Program-made: the position numbers and the translations under genes | Shown: positions 25,255 through 36,120 of the stretch, one piece after another | Layout of the letters: each line of letters opens with the position of its first letter | Numbering within the stretch: position 1 is the first letter of the stretch | Source: an uncultured Candidatus Binatia bacterium | GTDB taxonomy: Bacteria; Desulfobacterota; Binatia; UBA9968; CAXXLF01 | Direction: 5' to 3' | Length of the DNA stretch: 64,000 nucleotides | Assembly: GCA_965218425.1 (NCBI GenBank) | Contig: OZ244621.1 | Coordinates: forward strand, 1,120,001-1,184,000 | The notes under the pieces: model-generated | Seen by the model: the letters and a program-made list of their open reading frames with translations, nothing else | What the model was told of the DNA's origin: nothing | The model's database searches: none

Positions 25255-28200
25255 TCAGTTCATCCTGACAGAAACCACCTTAGAAACCCCCGGATCTGCC
25301 ATGGTGATTCCGTACAAGACGTCGGCCGCCTGCATGGACCTTTTATTGTGGGTGATCATGACGAATTGAGAGGTCTCGCTCACCTCTTTCACCATATCGA
25401 GAAATCGCTCCACATTGGCATCGTCCAGCGATGCGTCCACCTCATCAAGGAAGCAAAAGGGACTGGGCTTGGTCAGAAAGATACTGAAAAGGAGGCTTAT
25501 GGCCGTAAGGGCTTTCTCCCCTCCCGAGAGTAATGTAACGGACTGCAGCTTTTTTCCCGGGGGTTGAGCAATAATGTCCACACCGGTTCTCAAATAATCG
25601 TTTTCGTCGGTCAATACCAGCCGTGCCTTCCCTCCTCGGAATAGGCGCGTAAACATCACCTGGAATCTCTGGTTAATCTCGTCAAAGCTTTCTTTGAACC
25701 GAAGGCGACAGAAACGATTGAGCTTTGCGATGGTCCGTTGGAGGTCCGCCACCGACGTTTCCAGATCCTCTTTTTGGTGACTCAAAAATTCGAACCTGGT
25801 GTTGAGGTCTTCAAATTCACCAATGGCGGCGAGATTCACCTCACCCATGCGCTCGATCCTGCCCCTGAGTTCCTCGATTTCATCCGGCAAGCGATCCGGG
25901 AAGTTTTCATCATCTGGCCCACCGGTTGGAATGGGCACTTGGGAAAGATCCGAAGCGTATTTCTCCTGCAGGTTGTCTACGAGATGTTGCAGGCTCAAAC
26001 GCTTCTCTGACAAGACCAGTTGGACCTGGTTTTTCTCATCTTGCGATTCCTGAACCAAACCACGGAGCTCCTTAATGGACTCCTCCATCTCGGCCAACCG
26101 GCGCGAAAGATCTCTGTAGGTCTCACGCTGCCGTTCCAATTTCTCCTCAACGCTCTCAAGGGCAGCCTGACCCTCCTTGCGTGATCCTTCAGCCAACTGG
26201 ATCTGCTCATCGATCCTGACCCTTTTTTCCTTCATCTCGGCCAGCTGCGATTCCACGTTCCCCACCCGCTGATTCAGCTCGTCCCGTAGTGCGATGCGGT
26301 TTTCCAAATTAAGCCTGGTGTTTTCCTTTTTCTCGCCCAGAGTAGCCGTCCGGACCCGCGACTCCATGACTTCGGACTCAATGAGCCTCAAACCCTCACT
26401 CGTGCGCGAGAGGGACTCTTCTTTTCCCTCCAGTTCCCGTTCTCTGTCCGTTCGCTCCTGGCGTTGGCGCTGGATCTTTACCTCGCACTCCGACATACTC
26501 TCATTCAAGCGCTCCTTGCTTGAGGACAAATTCTCGCTCTCGTGCACAAGCCCCTTCAGGGCCTCTTCCAAACGGGCCACCTCTCGGTTCGCCTGCAAAA
26601 GCTCATGCTCCGACTGGACCCGCTCGATCTCAAGGCGGTGATTGTCCTCAATGAGTTCAGACTTTCTTGTCTCGGCAAGTTCGATCCGTCGCCCGATGGC
26701 TTCCACGTCGTTCTCTTTTTCCTTGAGCTGGGTCTCGAGGCTACCCAGCTGAGTCTCCAATTCTCTCATGCGTCGCTTTTGAAAGAGGAAATTTCCCTGG
26801 AGATTGCCCAAGCTACCACCCGTAATGACTCCCATGGGGTCGATGACTTCTCCCTCTGGAGTCACCAGGGTACTAACGAAACCGTTTCTGCCCCAGAGGC
26901 TCAGACCCGCCTTCAAGTCCCTCACCACCATCACATCCCCCAACAGATACTCAGCGACCTCCCGAAAACCGTCCTTGACAGAAATGAGTCCCAGGAGAGG
27001 AGAGACAACTTCGGGCTCGGTTAAAGGAACGGACTTCGCCCCCTTGGCGGTCAGCCGCCGCGGGATGAAGCTTCCCCGTCCGGCCGATTCACGTTTGAGG
27101 TAGTCGATGGCCTTCAGACCATCCTGGTGGCTCTGTACAATGATGTATTGCAATCGGTCTCCCAAGACAGCCGTCAGAGCCTTCTCAACGGTTTCGGGTG
27201 CCTCAATTACGTCCGCCACCAGACCATGGACACCCTCGAACCCCTCTTCCCGCTGCTGCTTGAACATGATGGCGCGGACCCCTTCTTGACACCCCTCATA
27301 GTTTTTCTGTAGGGCCTCCAACGAGGCCAGCTTCGACCGGGCCTCCTGTGTTTGTTCCTTTAGGTTTTCAAACTCCCTTTCGTATCCTGCCTTAACCCCC
27401 TTCCCCTCCTTGAGCTTTTCCGTCGCTTCTGCCAGCTCCGCCTCGATGCGTTTCGCCCTGCTGTCAAAACCTTCTAAGACCGCCCCCCTGTACACTTGCT
27501 TTTGCGTCCAGGACTCAAGAGACAACCGGACGTCGGCCTGCTCGTTTTGGACCCTCGACAGTTCCGCGTCACTTTCGTCGCGCTGCCTCTCAAGAACCAG
27601 CATCTCATTTTTCAGTTGAGACTCTAGGTTCATGGCCTCCAGGAGCAGACTCTTTTCTTGTTCCAACTCTAACCGGGCCCTGTCGACTTCGGCCGTGATT
27701 CTTTCCAACTCTTCCTCTTTTGCTCTAAGTTGATAACCTTCAAAGAGAGAAAGCTGAATGAACTCCTCGCCGGCTTTTTTGAGACCTTCGATTTCGGCGG
27801 ATAGCTTTTGCAGCTTGTCTTGCATATCCTGGATCTCAACCCGGGCCCTTTCACTGGCGTTCACCAGATCGGATTGGTCCCTCTTGAAAAACTCCGTCTT
27901 CTGTTCTTCAGAGTTAATTAGTACCTTACTCTGGTACGCGCTTTCCTGAAGCGAACTGATCTCCCTTTCTCCATCCAACAGCATCCTCTTGGCCTCTTCG
28001 CCTTCCGCCTCTTTAGACCTGAGGGAGACAAGCAATTGCACGGAGCGATCTTCCATGGCACTTAGCTTCTCTTCATGACCGGAGATCTCCTCATTCAAGC
28101 CCTTTCGCCGCAGGGCCCCCCAAGCCAGTTCCTTCTCCTTGAGTGTTTTCTTTAAAGCCTTGTAACGTTCCGCCTTTTTCGCCTGCAGTTCCACGCTACG

Positions 28201-28815
28201 GATCTGGCGTTCAATCTCCCGAACGATATCGTTTAGCCTGAGCAGGTTGTGGTGCGTACGCTCCAGTTTTCGCTCCGCACCCTCTTTCCGGCTGATGTAT
28301 TTACTGGTTCCTGCCGCTTCTTCAATCAGCGCCCTGCACTCTTCGGGCTTGGCATTGATCATCTCCTCCACACGTCCCTGCTCCATAATGGAATAGGCCT
28401 TGTTTCCCACTCCTGTGCCGAGGAAGAGCTCGATAATATCCTTGAGACGGCAGTGAATCTTGTTTATGGAGTATTCCGATTCACCGGAACGGAAAAGCTT
28501 GCGAGTAATCACGATCTCACTAAAGGTGTTGTACTGCGCTGGACCCCGCCCATCCTCATTGTCAAAAACCAAAGAAACCTCGGTCATACCGGTTGCCGGG
28601 TGAGTTTCATTTCCGTTAAAGATCACGTCTTCCATCAGATGACCACGCAGGTGGCGCGCGCTCTGCTCCCCCATGACCCAACGTAGGGCATCAACAATGT
28701 TGGATTTACCGCAGCCATTGGGGCCTACGATGGCGGAGACGGACGAAGGGAACTCAAAGACGGTCCGGTTGATGAAGGACTTAAAACCTATTAATTCCAG
28801 GCGACTGAGACGCAT
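25255..28815 (-). CDS. smc: chromosome segregation protein SMC
   Basis: GPNGCGKSN, long coiled coils, hinge GRGSFIP, LSGGEK, LDEVD, ITH. Confidence 0.98.
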   Translation of the reverse strand: MRLSRLELIGFKSFINRTVFEFPSSVSAIVGPNGCGKSNIVDALRWVMGEQSARHLRGHLMEDVIFNGNETHPATGMTEVSLVFDNEDGRGPAQYNTFSEIVITRKLFRSGESEYSINKIHCRLKDIIELFLGTGVGNKAYSIMEQGRVEEMINAKPEECRALIEEAAGTSKYISRKEGAERKLERTHHNLLRLNDIVREIERQIRSVELQAKKAERYKALKKTLKEKELAWGALRRKGLNEEISGHEEKLSAMEDRSVQLLVSLRSKEAEGEEAKRMLLDGEREISSLQESAYQSKVLINSEEQKTEFFKRDQSDLVNASERARVEIQDMQDKLQKLSAEIEGLKKAGEEFIQLSLFEGYQLRAKEEELERITAEVDRARLELEQEKSLLLEAMNLESQLKNEMLVLERQRDESDAELSRVQNEQADVRLSLESWTQKQVYRGAVLEGFDSRAKRIEAELAEATEKLKEGKGVKAGYEREFENLKEQTQEARSKLASLEALQKNYEGCQEGVRAIMFKQQREEGFEGVHGLVADVIEAPETVEKALTAVLGDRLQYIIVQSHQDGLKAIDYLKRESAGRGSFIPRRLTAKGAKSVPLTEPEVVSPLLGLISVKDGFREVAEYLLGDVMVVRDLKAGLSLWGRNGFVSTLVTPEGEVIDPMGVITGGSLGNLQGNFLFQKRRMRELETQLGSLETQLKEKENDVEAIGRRIELAETRKSELIEDNHRLEIERVQSEHELLQANREVARLEEALKGLVHESENLSSSKERLNESMSECEVKIQRQRQERTDRERELEGKEESLSRTSEGLRLIESEVMESRVRTATLGEKKENTRLNLENRIALRDELNQRVGNVESQLAEMKEKRVRIDEQIQLAEGSRKEGQAALESVEEKLERQRETYRDLSRRLAEMEESIKELRGLVQESQDEKNQVQLVLSEKRLSLQHLVDNLQEKYASDLSQVPIPTGGPDDENFPDRLPDEIEELRGRIERMGEVNLAAIGEFEDLNTRFEFLSHQKEDLETSVADLQRTIAKLNRFCRLRFKESFDEINQRFQVMFTRLFRGGKARLVLTDENDYLRTGVDIIAQPPGKKLQSVTLLSGGEKALTAISLLFSIFLTKPSPFCFLDEVDASLDDANVERFLDMVKEVSETSQFVMITHNKRSMQAADVLYGITMADPGVSKVVSVRMN

Positions 28816-28909
28816 GGGACAATGTGTGCGGCGTTGAAAAAACCTTAATTAAGATAGGGAAAAACTTAATAAGACTATTTCACAAGCCAATAGGGGTGTC
28901 AAGAAATAA

Positions 28910-28956
28910 TTACAATATACAGGGCACGCCCAAGCATGGACCACAATATATTGAAC
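28910..28956. promoter_or_regulatory. tandem NrdR-box-like operators upstream of smc
   Basis: ttaCAATATACAGggc and ccaCAATATATTGaac, 31 bp apart, next to a minus-strand TTGACA at 28897-28902. Confidence 0.6.
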
Positions 28957-28970
28957 TTTAACAGGTAAAA

Positions 28971-29693
28971 CTACTTTTCAATTAGCTCGACGTTCCAATA
29001 GGAAGCATCGATCATGGTGACAAAGGGGAGCCATTCTCGATAACGAGCCAGGCTAAAGGTTTGCTGCATAAAAGGGGTCCATTTTGGTTTGTAGGGCTTG
29101 CGCAATAGAGATATCTTAGCCTCCTGGGGGGTACGACCGCCTTTTCGTCGATTACAAGTCTGGCAGGAACAGACCACGTTCTCCCACGTGGAGGTCCCCC
29201 CCTTGGAGCGGGGAATCACATGGTCGAGGTTGAGATCATGGCGGGGAAATTTTCGTCCGCAGTACTGGCACGTGTTATTGTCCCTGGCGTAGATGTTAAA
29301 TCGGCTAAACCGCACCTGGCGCTTCGGCACTCGATCATAGCCCACGAGGAGAATGACCCTCGGCACCTTTATCACCCGATTCACCAATCCGACATACTCG
29401 TCGTTTACAGAAACAGAGAGGTCACTCCAGCTTTCAAAATCGAAGGTTTGGTATTGCTCGTTTACCACCTGGGCCAAACCTTGATATAGAAGGGAGAATG
29501 CCCGGCGCACGGAGGTAACGTGAATCGGTAGATAAGACCGATTTAGCATTAAAACCTTAGTATTGAATACGGTGCTGCCCTCTGCCGGAGAGATGTAACT
29601 CAATTGAGTTTCCTTTCTGGAATGGACACGTCGGCGGCAAATTTCCCAGTCATCTAATTTCAAAATATCGAGTAGCATGATGGTTGTCAACAA
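28971..29693 (-). CDS. HNH endonuclease (McrA/HNH_5-like); true start probably near 29549-29570
   Basis: RDNNTCQYCG, LDHVIPRSKGG, WENVVCSCQTCNRRKG. Confidence 0.9.
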   Translation of the reverse strand: MLTTIMLLDILKLDDWEICRRRVHSRKETQLSYISPAEGSTVFNTKVLMLNRSYLPIHVTSVRRAFSLLYQGLAQVVNEQYQTFDFESWSDLSVSVNDEYVGLVNRVIKVPRVILLVGYDRVPKRQVRFSRFNIYARDNNTCQYCGRKFPRHDLNLDHVIPRSKGGTSTWENVVCSCQTCNRRKGGRTPQEAKISLLRKPYKPKWTPFMQQTFSLARYREWLPFVTMIDASYWNVELIEK

Positions 29694-29835
29694 GGAGCCT
29701 GGCGCAAAGTCTTGATATTGCCGGCATTTTAGACTAATTTATAATTTGCTGCCGAGTCCCATTCCGCTGCTGACTGATAAATGACCCCACTGTCTTCCCA
29801 TCCTCTCTCAAGCCGAATCGAAACATTCGTTTACA

Positions 29836-31347
29836 ATGAATAATCTCTATATCAATTCCATGCCACAGGAGACCCGAATCGCGATCGTGGAAGACGGCAA
29901 CTTGGCCGAATTCATGATCGAAAGGAAACGCGACAGGGACATCGTCGGGGACATCTATAAAGGCAAGGTTGCGCGTGTGCTACCAGGGATACAGGCAGCC
30001 TTTGTGAACATCGGCTTGGAAAAGGCAGCCTTTCTCCACGCGTCTGACCTATCCACTGGTCCAGGTGACGTTTCCACCCTTCTGGGGGAAAGCGATGATG
30101 AAATTCTCTTTGAGCAAGCCAACCGTTCACCCCACCGACGAGTTCCCATCGAACGGCAGCTTTCCGCGGGACAAGAGATCGTGGTCCAGGTGGCTAAAGA
30201 ACCCCTGGGGGTTAAGGGGGCCCGCGTTACCTGCAATATCTCACTACCCGGAAGGCACCTGGTATTCATGCCAAACGTTAGCCATTTAGGGGTTTCCCAC
30301 AGGATTGAAGACGAAAAGGAACGAAAACGACTCAAGGAGATAATCCAATCGCTCCTCGGGAAAAACAAAGGCGGATTCATATTAAGGACCGCCTGTGAAG
30401 GGAGGAGCAAAAGAGAGATACGCAGTGATTTCCAGTTTCTGACCAAACTGTGGCAGCGAATTCAAAATAAGGCTAAATCCGCGGCAACCCCTTCTCTCAT
30501 TCACCAGGACCTGGACGTTGTCTCCCGTACGATCCGCGATTTTGTAACCGGGGAAACCCAACAGGTCATGGTGGATCAAACCAAGGATTGCCGCCGCATT
30601 CTCGAATTCGTTGGGCACTTCATGCCCCGGCTCAAGTCCAGGATCAAGCTCTATAGCGAGTCCGAACCCATCATGAACCATTTTGGCATTGAAGAAAAAA
30701 TTCAGAGGGCCCTGGAAGCCAAGGTCTGGCTCAACTCAGGGGGACATCTCGTCATCGAGCGTACCGAGGCCTTGTACGCCATCGATGTCAACACCGGCCG
30801 GTACGTGGGGAAGAAAAACCAGGAAGAGACGATCCTGAAGACTAACATGGAAGCTGCCCGAGAGATCGTGCGTCAGCTGAGGCTACGAAACATCGGCGGC
30901 ATCATCATTATCGACTTCATAGACATGGAGAAGGCTGCCAATCGCAAAAAAGTGTATGAGGCTCTCAAAGACGCAGTGAAGAAAGATAAGGCGAGAATCA
31001 ACATCTTACAAATCTCCGAACTGGGTCTCGTGGAGATGACCAGGCAACGGAGCCGGGAAAGCCTAAGCAACCAGCTCTTAGACGAATGTCCTTATTGTGA
31101 AGGACGAGGACGCATCAAATCCAATGCCACCTTGGCCTACGAAATCCTTCGAGAGGTAAAGAAACAGATGCCACAGCTGGAGGACGAAAAAAGGATCACC
31201 GTAAGGGCCCACCCGGAAATCGCGAACTATTTATATGATGATGCGAGACCCAGCCTGGAATCGCTGGAACGGGAAATAAACCACAAGGTCATCATCAAAG
31301 CCAGCCAGGAACTCCATCAGGACAAATACGAAATCTCCATCAACTAA
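29836..31347 (+). CDS. rng: Rne/Rng family ribonuclease (RNase G-like)
   Basis: S1 domain IYKGKV..AAFVNIG, IDVNTG, QLRLRNIGGIIIIDFIDM, CPYCEG. Confidence 0.95.
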   Translation: MNNLYINSMPQETRIAIVEDGNLAEFMIERKRDRDIVGDIYKGKVARVLPGIQAAFVNIGLEKAAFLHASDLSTGPGDVSTLLGESDDEILFEQANRSPHRRVPIERQLSAGQEIVVQVAKEPLGVKGARVTCNISLPGRHLVFMPNVSHLGVSHRIEDEKERKRLKEIIQSLLGKNKGGFILRTACEGRSKREIRSDFQFLTKLWQRIQNKAKSAATPSLIHQDLDVVSRTIRDFVTGETQQVMVDQTKDCRRILEFVGHFMPRLKSRIKLYSESEPIMNHFGIEEKIQRALEAKVWLNSGGHLVIERTEALYAIDVNTGRYVGKKNQEETILKTNMEAAREIVRQLRLRNIGGIIIIDFIDMEKAANRKKVYEALKDAVKKDKARINILQISELGLVEMTRQRSRESLSNQLLDECPYCEGRGRIKSNATLAYEILREVKKQMPQLEDEKRITVRAHPEIANYLYDDARPSLESLEREINHKVIIKASQELHQDKYEISIN

Positions 31348-31628
31348 CCCCACAAAAATCAGTACTGAGTGCTGAGTAAGAAACGCAAAAAGACAATAGA
31401 CTACGGACAATGGACTACAGACTCCCGGTCATCAATCCTCGGATCTGGTTCAAAAGTCGGTAGTCAGTGGTCCCGAATCCCAAGAACGCTTTGCGTCTAG
31501 CGCCATGCGCATTGCCGCAACCAATCTGCCTTACTCTGCGGGAAATGAAGCGTCCCTTCGGGGTATTGATTAATGTCGTGAAGCGCCATAAGATGGCGCA
31601 AAATTAACACTGGAGGAGATAGCTTACT

Positions 31629-32351
31629 ATGGCATTACCAGCTGGACAGGTCGATTCATATAACTATGACACCTTCACCCGTTCGGAAGGCGCCGGCAAA
31701 TCGGCCGATTTTAAGGTACGGCTTCGCGCTGGCGACGACGCGCCAGACTTTGAGCTTGCCACACTCCAGGGAGAAAGAGTCAGCCTCTCCCAATTCCGTG
31801 GCAAAAAGCATGTGCTCTTGGAATTCGGCAGTATCACATGACCACCGTTTGTGGGCGAGGTCTCGCCCCTCAACCAACTCTACAAGCACTACCGCGCGAA
31901 GGATTTCGAGTTCTTTACGGTCTATGTACGCGAACCCCATCCGGGTGAAAACTATGGACCACACACGAGCTGGGAGCAAAAGCTCCAGTATGCCCGTGAT
32001 TGTCGGACCCAGGACGGGATTGAGAATCCTCTCCTGGTGGATGACTTGCAGGGGACCATGCACCGCCTTTACGGTTTGATGCCAAACATGGTCTTTCTAA
32101 TCGACAGGGATGGGAAGATTGCCTACAAGTCCATGTGGACTGACCATGTGGAGATCGAAAACGTGTTGGCGAATATTGCGCAAGCCGACGAGCTTCGGGC
32201 CAAGGGACTCCGACTCAAACCCTCCTATACGGAGAAAATCAACTATATTCCGGCCGAGTACTCGGGTAGCCTACGCGACAAGGTATTTGGGCGCTCGGGG
32301 CAAAAATCCTGGGACGATTACCGAAACGCATTTACTCCGAGTTGGAAATAA
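31629..32351 (+). CDS. deiodinase-like thioredoxin-fold selenoprotein (UGA 31839-31841 read as Sec), 240 aa
   Basis: ORFs 31629-31841 and 31851-32351 share a frame; readthrough gives FGSIT-U-PPF then VYVREPHP; SECIS-like hairpin follows the UGA; GGAGGAG RBS. Confidence 0.88.
31847..31874 (+). promoter_or_regulatory. bacterial SECIS element
   Basis: GGGCGA-GGTC-TCGCCC stem-loop beginning 11 nt after the UGA; AGGTCT apex as in the E. coli fdhF SECIS. Confidence 0.82.
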
Positions 32352-32479
32352 CACCCTTGCGGCAAGTCGCAAGGCGGCCCACAAAAAGGGGCATTCAACG
32401 ATGGGGTGACATAGAGATTTTGATTCTCTGTGCCACCCCATCGTTGAACAGAGGGAATTCCTACCGAGCAAAGGAAATT

Positions 32480-33310
32480 TTACGATTTCTTCGCCGCTGC
32501 CAGGACTGCAGGCATGGGTAACTCAATACCGCCACCCTTTCGATAAGCCGCGGCAGCTTCACGAACAGATTTACGAATGGTCTCCAACGCCTCAGGGAGC
32601 TGAGCCCGGAGCGTCCCGGCTGTTCTTACCGTAGCCATTTGCATGACACCGAACAGTGAGTCAGGTGAAGGCAATCTCCAAGTCTGTGGGATTTGCACGA
32701 CTTGCGGCATGACGAAACCTGCCTTGAGCAAAGCTTGAACGCATTCTTCCACGTCACTGAAACGAAAGAACGGAGGCCCCGGAGGGAGTGGGACATCCCT
32801 TTGACCATGGGCTTGAACCGCGTCAAGAACGATTTTAAAGCCTACCGCTTCCTCCGGCTTGCACCAAACGGTAAAGGCATATCGTCCTGCCTTACTGAGG
32901 ACCCGGTGAGCCTCGGAGAACGCCTTTTCTGGATTTCCCAAGTGGAGCAGCCCAAAATTCATCACTACGGCATCGAAACAGCCATCAGGAAAAGAAAGGG
33001 ATTCTGCATCGCCTTCCTGAAACTTGACGTTGGGATATTGTCGGTTGGCCTCCGCTACCATCACCGCCGAGAAATCAATTCCGATGACCTTGGCGCCACG
33101 CTGGGAAGCCGCGGCTGCCACGTAGCCTGGACCCGTCGCCACGTCCAGCAGACGCTTTCCCTCACCTGCCTCCACGGCATCCAAAAGAGGCTCGATTGCC
33201 TGAGAAGTAAGGCTTGCAAAGGCCTCATGGTATTGTTTGGAGACTTTCTCCCACCCTGCATGCTCGAATGATCGGAATGCATTGGGATCTTTTGTCCCTG
33301 AGAATTCCAT
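32480..33310 (-). CDS. class I SAM-dependent methyltransferase
   Basis: LLDVATGPG, GIDFS, GDAESLSF..FDAV. Confidence 0.92.
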   Translation of the reverse strand: MEFSGTKDPNAFRSFEHAGWEKVSKQYHEAFASLTSQAIEPLLDAVEAGEGKRLLDVATGPGYVAAAASQRGAKVIGIDFSAVMVAEANRQYPNVKFQEGDAESLSFPDGCFDAVVMNFGLLHLGNPEKAFSEAHRVLSKAGRYAFTVWCKPEEAVGFKIVLDAVQAHGQRDVPLPPGPPFFRFSDVEECVQALLKAGFVMPQVVQIPQTWRLPSPDSLFGVMQMATVRTAGTLRAQLPEALETIRKSVREAAAAYRKGGGIELPMPAVLAAAKKS

Positions 33311-33670
33311 AGCCAGTCTATCTTAACCTAAAATACTTGGCAATGATAATCGAAAGGCTTTGTTGAACCTTGGAAACTGGTATTGGGGAAAAGACGACCC
33401 GCCCAAAGGTGCAAAGCGCAAGTCAGCACGAGTAACGAGGACTGAGCACTGAGTGTGGATTAGGAGAAGGGGTAGGGGAAGATAATGTCCAATCCCTTAG
33501 CCTTGACACATTGTGGAATCATTGGATACAAATTGAAGCGACCACGGCGAGCGTTTTCCGAGGCCAAGACCAAGGGTTGGCGCATCCGGGTCTTGATGGG
33601 ATCAATCGGGTGTCCTAAAAGACATGAAAACGAATCGAAGACGTCGATTCCATAGTGAGAGGAGCCAAAT

Positions 33671-34741
33671 ATGCTAGTCATAGACGCCGACGGGCATGTA
33701 GAAGAATCCGCTGCAATGTTCGATTCCCTTGAAGGAGAGTATCGCAAAAGGAGGCCCCTGCCCCTCGGATTTGATCGCGACACGGTTTACGGAGATGCCA
33801 ATGCGGTATGGCTCATCGATGGTAAGACCTACCCAAAACTGTCGGGTAAGGGCGGGGTCACTTTTCTGACGCCAACAGTAATGGAATTGGCAAAGCGTAA
33901 GCCCATTGCGGTTGCGGCCCAGGAACTCAACGATGTCGAGGCTCGTCTGCGAGACCTGGACAAGATGCAGATCGAAAAGCAGGTGGTCTATCCGAGCCTT
34001 TTTCTGACCGCCACAACTGACGACTTGAAGCTCGAGGCGGCACTGTTCCGGGCCTACAACAGCTTCATGGCAAATGCCTGCAAACAATCCGGGAACAGAA
34101 TAAGATTTGCCGCACAGGTACCCATCAGAGACATCGACGAATCCATTAAAGAGCTTCGTAGAGCCAGGGACCTGGGGGCCGTATCGGTGATGCTTTTGGG
34201 GATGGCTTGGGACAAGAAGCTGGGCGAAAAGGAATTACATCCCTTCTATGAGGAAGCGGCCGGCCTGGGTATACCCATCTGCGTCCACCTCGGTTGGGGT
34301 TGCCCGGCCATTACGGAGGTCTTTGATGCGTCGTCAAATTTCTACAGTGCCATTTTACCCGTCCTCATGGGGTTTCATAGCCTCATGCTCTCGGGGGTAC
34401 TGGAGGCATTTCCTCGTCTCAGGCTCGCGTTTCTTGAGTCAGGTTCCCTTTGGGCTCCATACGTTATTCACGAACTGAATCGATCGGGGAAAGTAAAAAA
34501 AGACCCATCGAAATATTTTCGTGAAGGAAGGGTCTTCATCTCCTGCGAGGCGGACGAGAATATCAACTACCTCACCTCACTCCTGGGTGAGGATTCTTTA
34601 GTCCTTGCCTCAGACTACCCTCACGCTGACTCCTTTCGTGAGGAAAACATGGTTAAAGCAATCATGGAAAGAGAAGATGTGCCGCTCAGGGTTAGAGAAA
34701 AGCTTTTGTCCACCAATGCACAATCTTTGTACGGATTGTAG
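33671..34741 (+). CDS. amidohydrolase_2 family protein (paralog of 7583-8710)
   Basis: IDADGHVEES, VHLGWGCP, FLESG, ASDYPHAD. Confidence 0.92.
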   Translation: MLVIDADGHVEESAAMFDSLEGEYRKRRPLPLGFDRDTVYGDANAVWLIDGKTYPKLSGKGGVTFLTPTVMELAKRKPIAVAAQELNDVEARLRDLDKMQIEKQVVYPSLFLTATTDDLKLEAALFRAYNSFMANACKQSGNRIRFAAQVPIRDIDESIKELRRARDLGAVSVMLLGMAWDKKLGEKELHPFYEEAAGLGIPICVHLGWGCPAITEVFDASSNFYSAILPVLMGFHSLMLSGVLEAFPRLRLAFLESGSLWAPYVIHELNRSGKVKKDPSKYFREGRVFISCEADENINYLTSLLGEDSLVLASDYPHADSFREENMVKAIMEREDVPLRVREKLLSTNAQSLYGL

Positions 34742-34825
34742 GCTCGATCATTTTTCTCTGTCGCCGCGTTCTCAGGCGGATCTCTGGCGTGTGGCCCATT
34801 CCAGACACTAGGCTTGGAGGTTATT

Positions 34826-36001
34826 ATGCAGAAAACCGACGTTTACCTCTCCGGCGATTCTCATCTCGAGATAGACTCCAAATGGTGGGTTCATCGGGTG
34901 GCGGCGAAGTATCGTGACCGGGCGCCGCGGGTGGTCCGTCTCCCCAACGGTGGCGACGGGTGGGTAATCGAGGGGAAGCCGCCTCGCCAGGTGGCGGCGG
35001 ATCTATACGGTGGTAAAGGTCGTGAGGCTTGGCAACCCTTCGGACAGACCTATGAGGAAACTCCTGGTACGGGCACTCCCCAACAGCGACTAAAGGAACA
35101 GGACAGAGACGGTATCTCCGCGGAGGTTCTCTTCCCCTGCCAGCAGGCAGGTCCCAAGTTGTGGCGCCAAATTCAAGATGACGACGCTTTCAAGGCAGTG
35201 GTCAGGGGGTATAACGATTGGCTTGCGGAGGAGTACTGCCGAGTGGCCCCTGACCGCCTCATCGGCATGGGGATCTTGCCGTGGACAAATGTCGAAGATG
35301 CCATCCATGAGATGGAGCATTGCGCGAGGATGGGGCTTAAGGGTGTGCTCATGACCGGCTACTCAAACAAGTATCCTTACCCCACGCCTGACTACGACAA
35401 ATTCTGGGCTGCGGCACTTGATATGAATATGCCGGTGACCATTCACGTTGATCTGGATAGGCCGGGTGACCGTGCGGAACCGATGATGGATTACCCCCAG
35501 GAGTCACCAGAGGTAAGAGCGCTGCTGGGCCGTAACGGACTGGTGGAACAGGTATCCAGGTTTGGGCCCGCGCGTGGATCCGGCGCCATCCCTGCTGTTC
35601 AACTTACCCTAAGCGGTGTGTTCGACCGCTTCCCAAAGTTACGAGTGTTCCTGGCTGAGAACCAGATCGGATGGATACCGTTTTTTCTCCAGATGGCGGA
35701 CGTACGGTACGACCGGCATTGCCATTGGTCTAAACGTCTCCTCGGCTTCCAGCCTCTAAGCCGTCCCCCCAGCGAAATTATCCGGGAGCACTGCTGGTGG
35801 GGTTTTCAATACGACCGGGTTGGGGTGGAGATGCGACACCATATGGGCGTTGAGCACCTTATCTGGGGCTCCGACTTTCCCCACCAGGAGTCGGACTGGC
35901 CCGACTCAAAGGACATCCTGGAGCGGAATTTTGCCGGCATCCCGGAAGAGGAAGCACACAAGATGTCGGCGGGAAACGTTATCGACTTTTTCCATTTGTA
36001 G
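34826..36001 (+). CDS. amidohydrolase_2 family protein
   Basis: SGDSHLE, YNDWLAEEY, GVFDRFPKL, WGSDFPHQE. Confidence 0.92.
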   Translation: MQKTDVYLSGDSHLEIDSKWWVHRVAAKYRDRAPRVVRLPNGGDGWVIEGKPPRQVAADLYGGKGREAWQPFGQTYEETPGTGTPQQRLKEQDRDGISAEVLFPCQQAGPKLWRQIQDDDAFKAVVRGYNDWLAEEYCRVAPDRLIGMGILPWTNVEDAIHEMEHCARMGLKGVLMTGYSNKYPYPTPDYDKFWAAALDMNMPVTIHVDLDRPGDRAEPMMDYPQESPEVRALLGRNGLVEQVSRFGPARGSGAIPAVQLTLSGVFDRFPKLRVFLAENQIGWIPFFLQMADVRYDRHCHWSKRLLGFQPLSRPPSEIIREHCWWGFQYDRVGVEMRHHMGVEHLIWGSDFPHQESDWPDSKDILERNFAGIPEEEAHKMSAGNVIDFFHL

Positions 36002-36120
36002 CTCACTTACCTGCAAGAACTCACTTTTTCAGCGAGGGTTTGCACCACAATCGTAACACGCTCGCTCTTGCCAACCCGTTCCATTGCCGCCACACCATTC
36101 GGTAGAGAACTCTGCGTCCC

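Noticed and set aside
28971..29693. HNH gene as part of a defence or Cas-like system
   Set aside because: Stand-alone small HNH among housekeeping genes, with no partner methylase, ATPase or array
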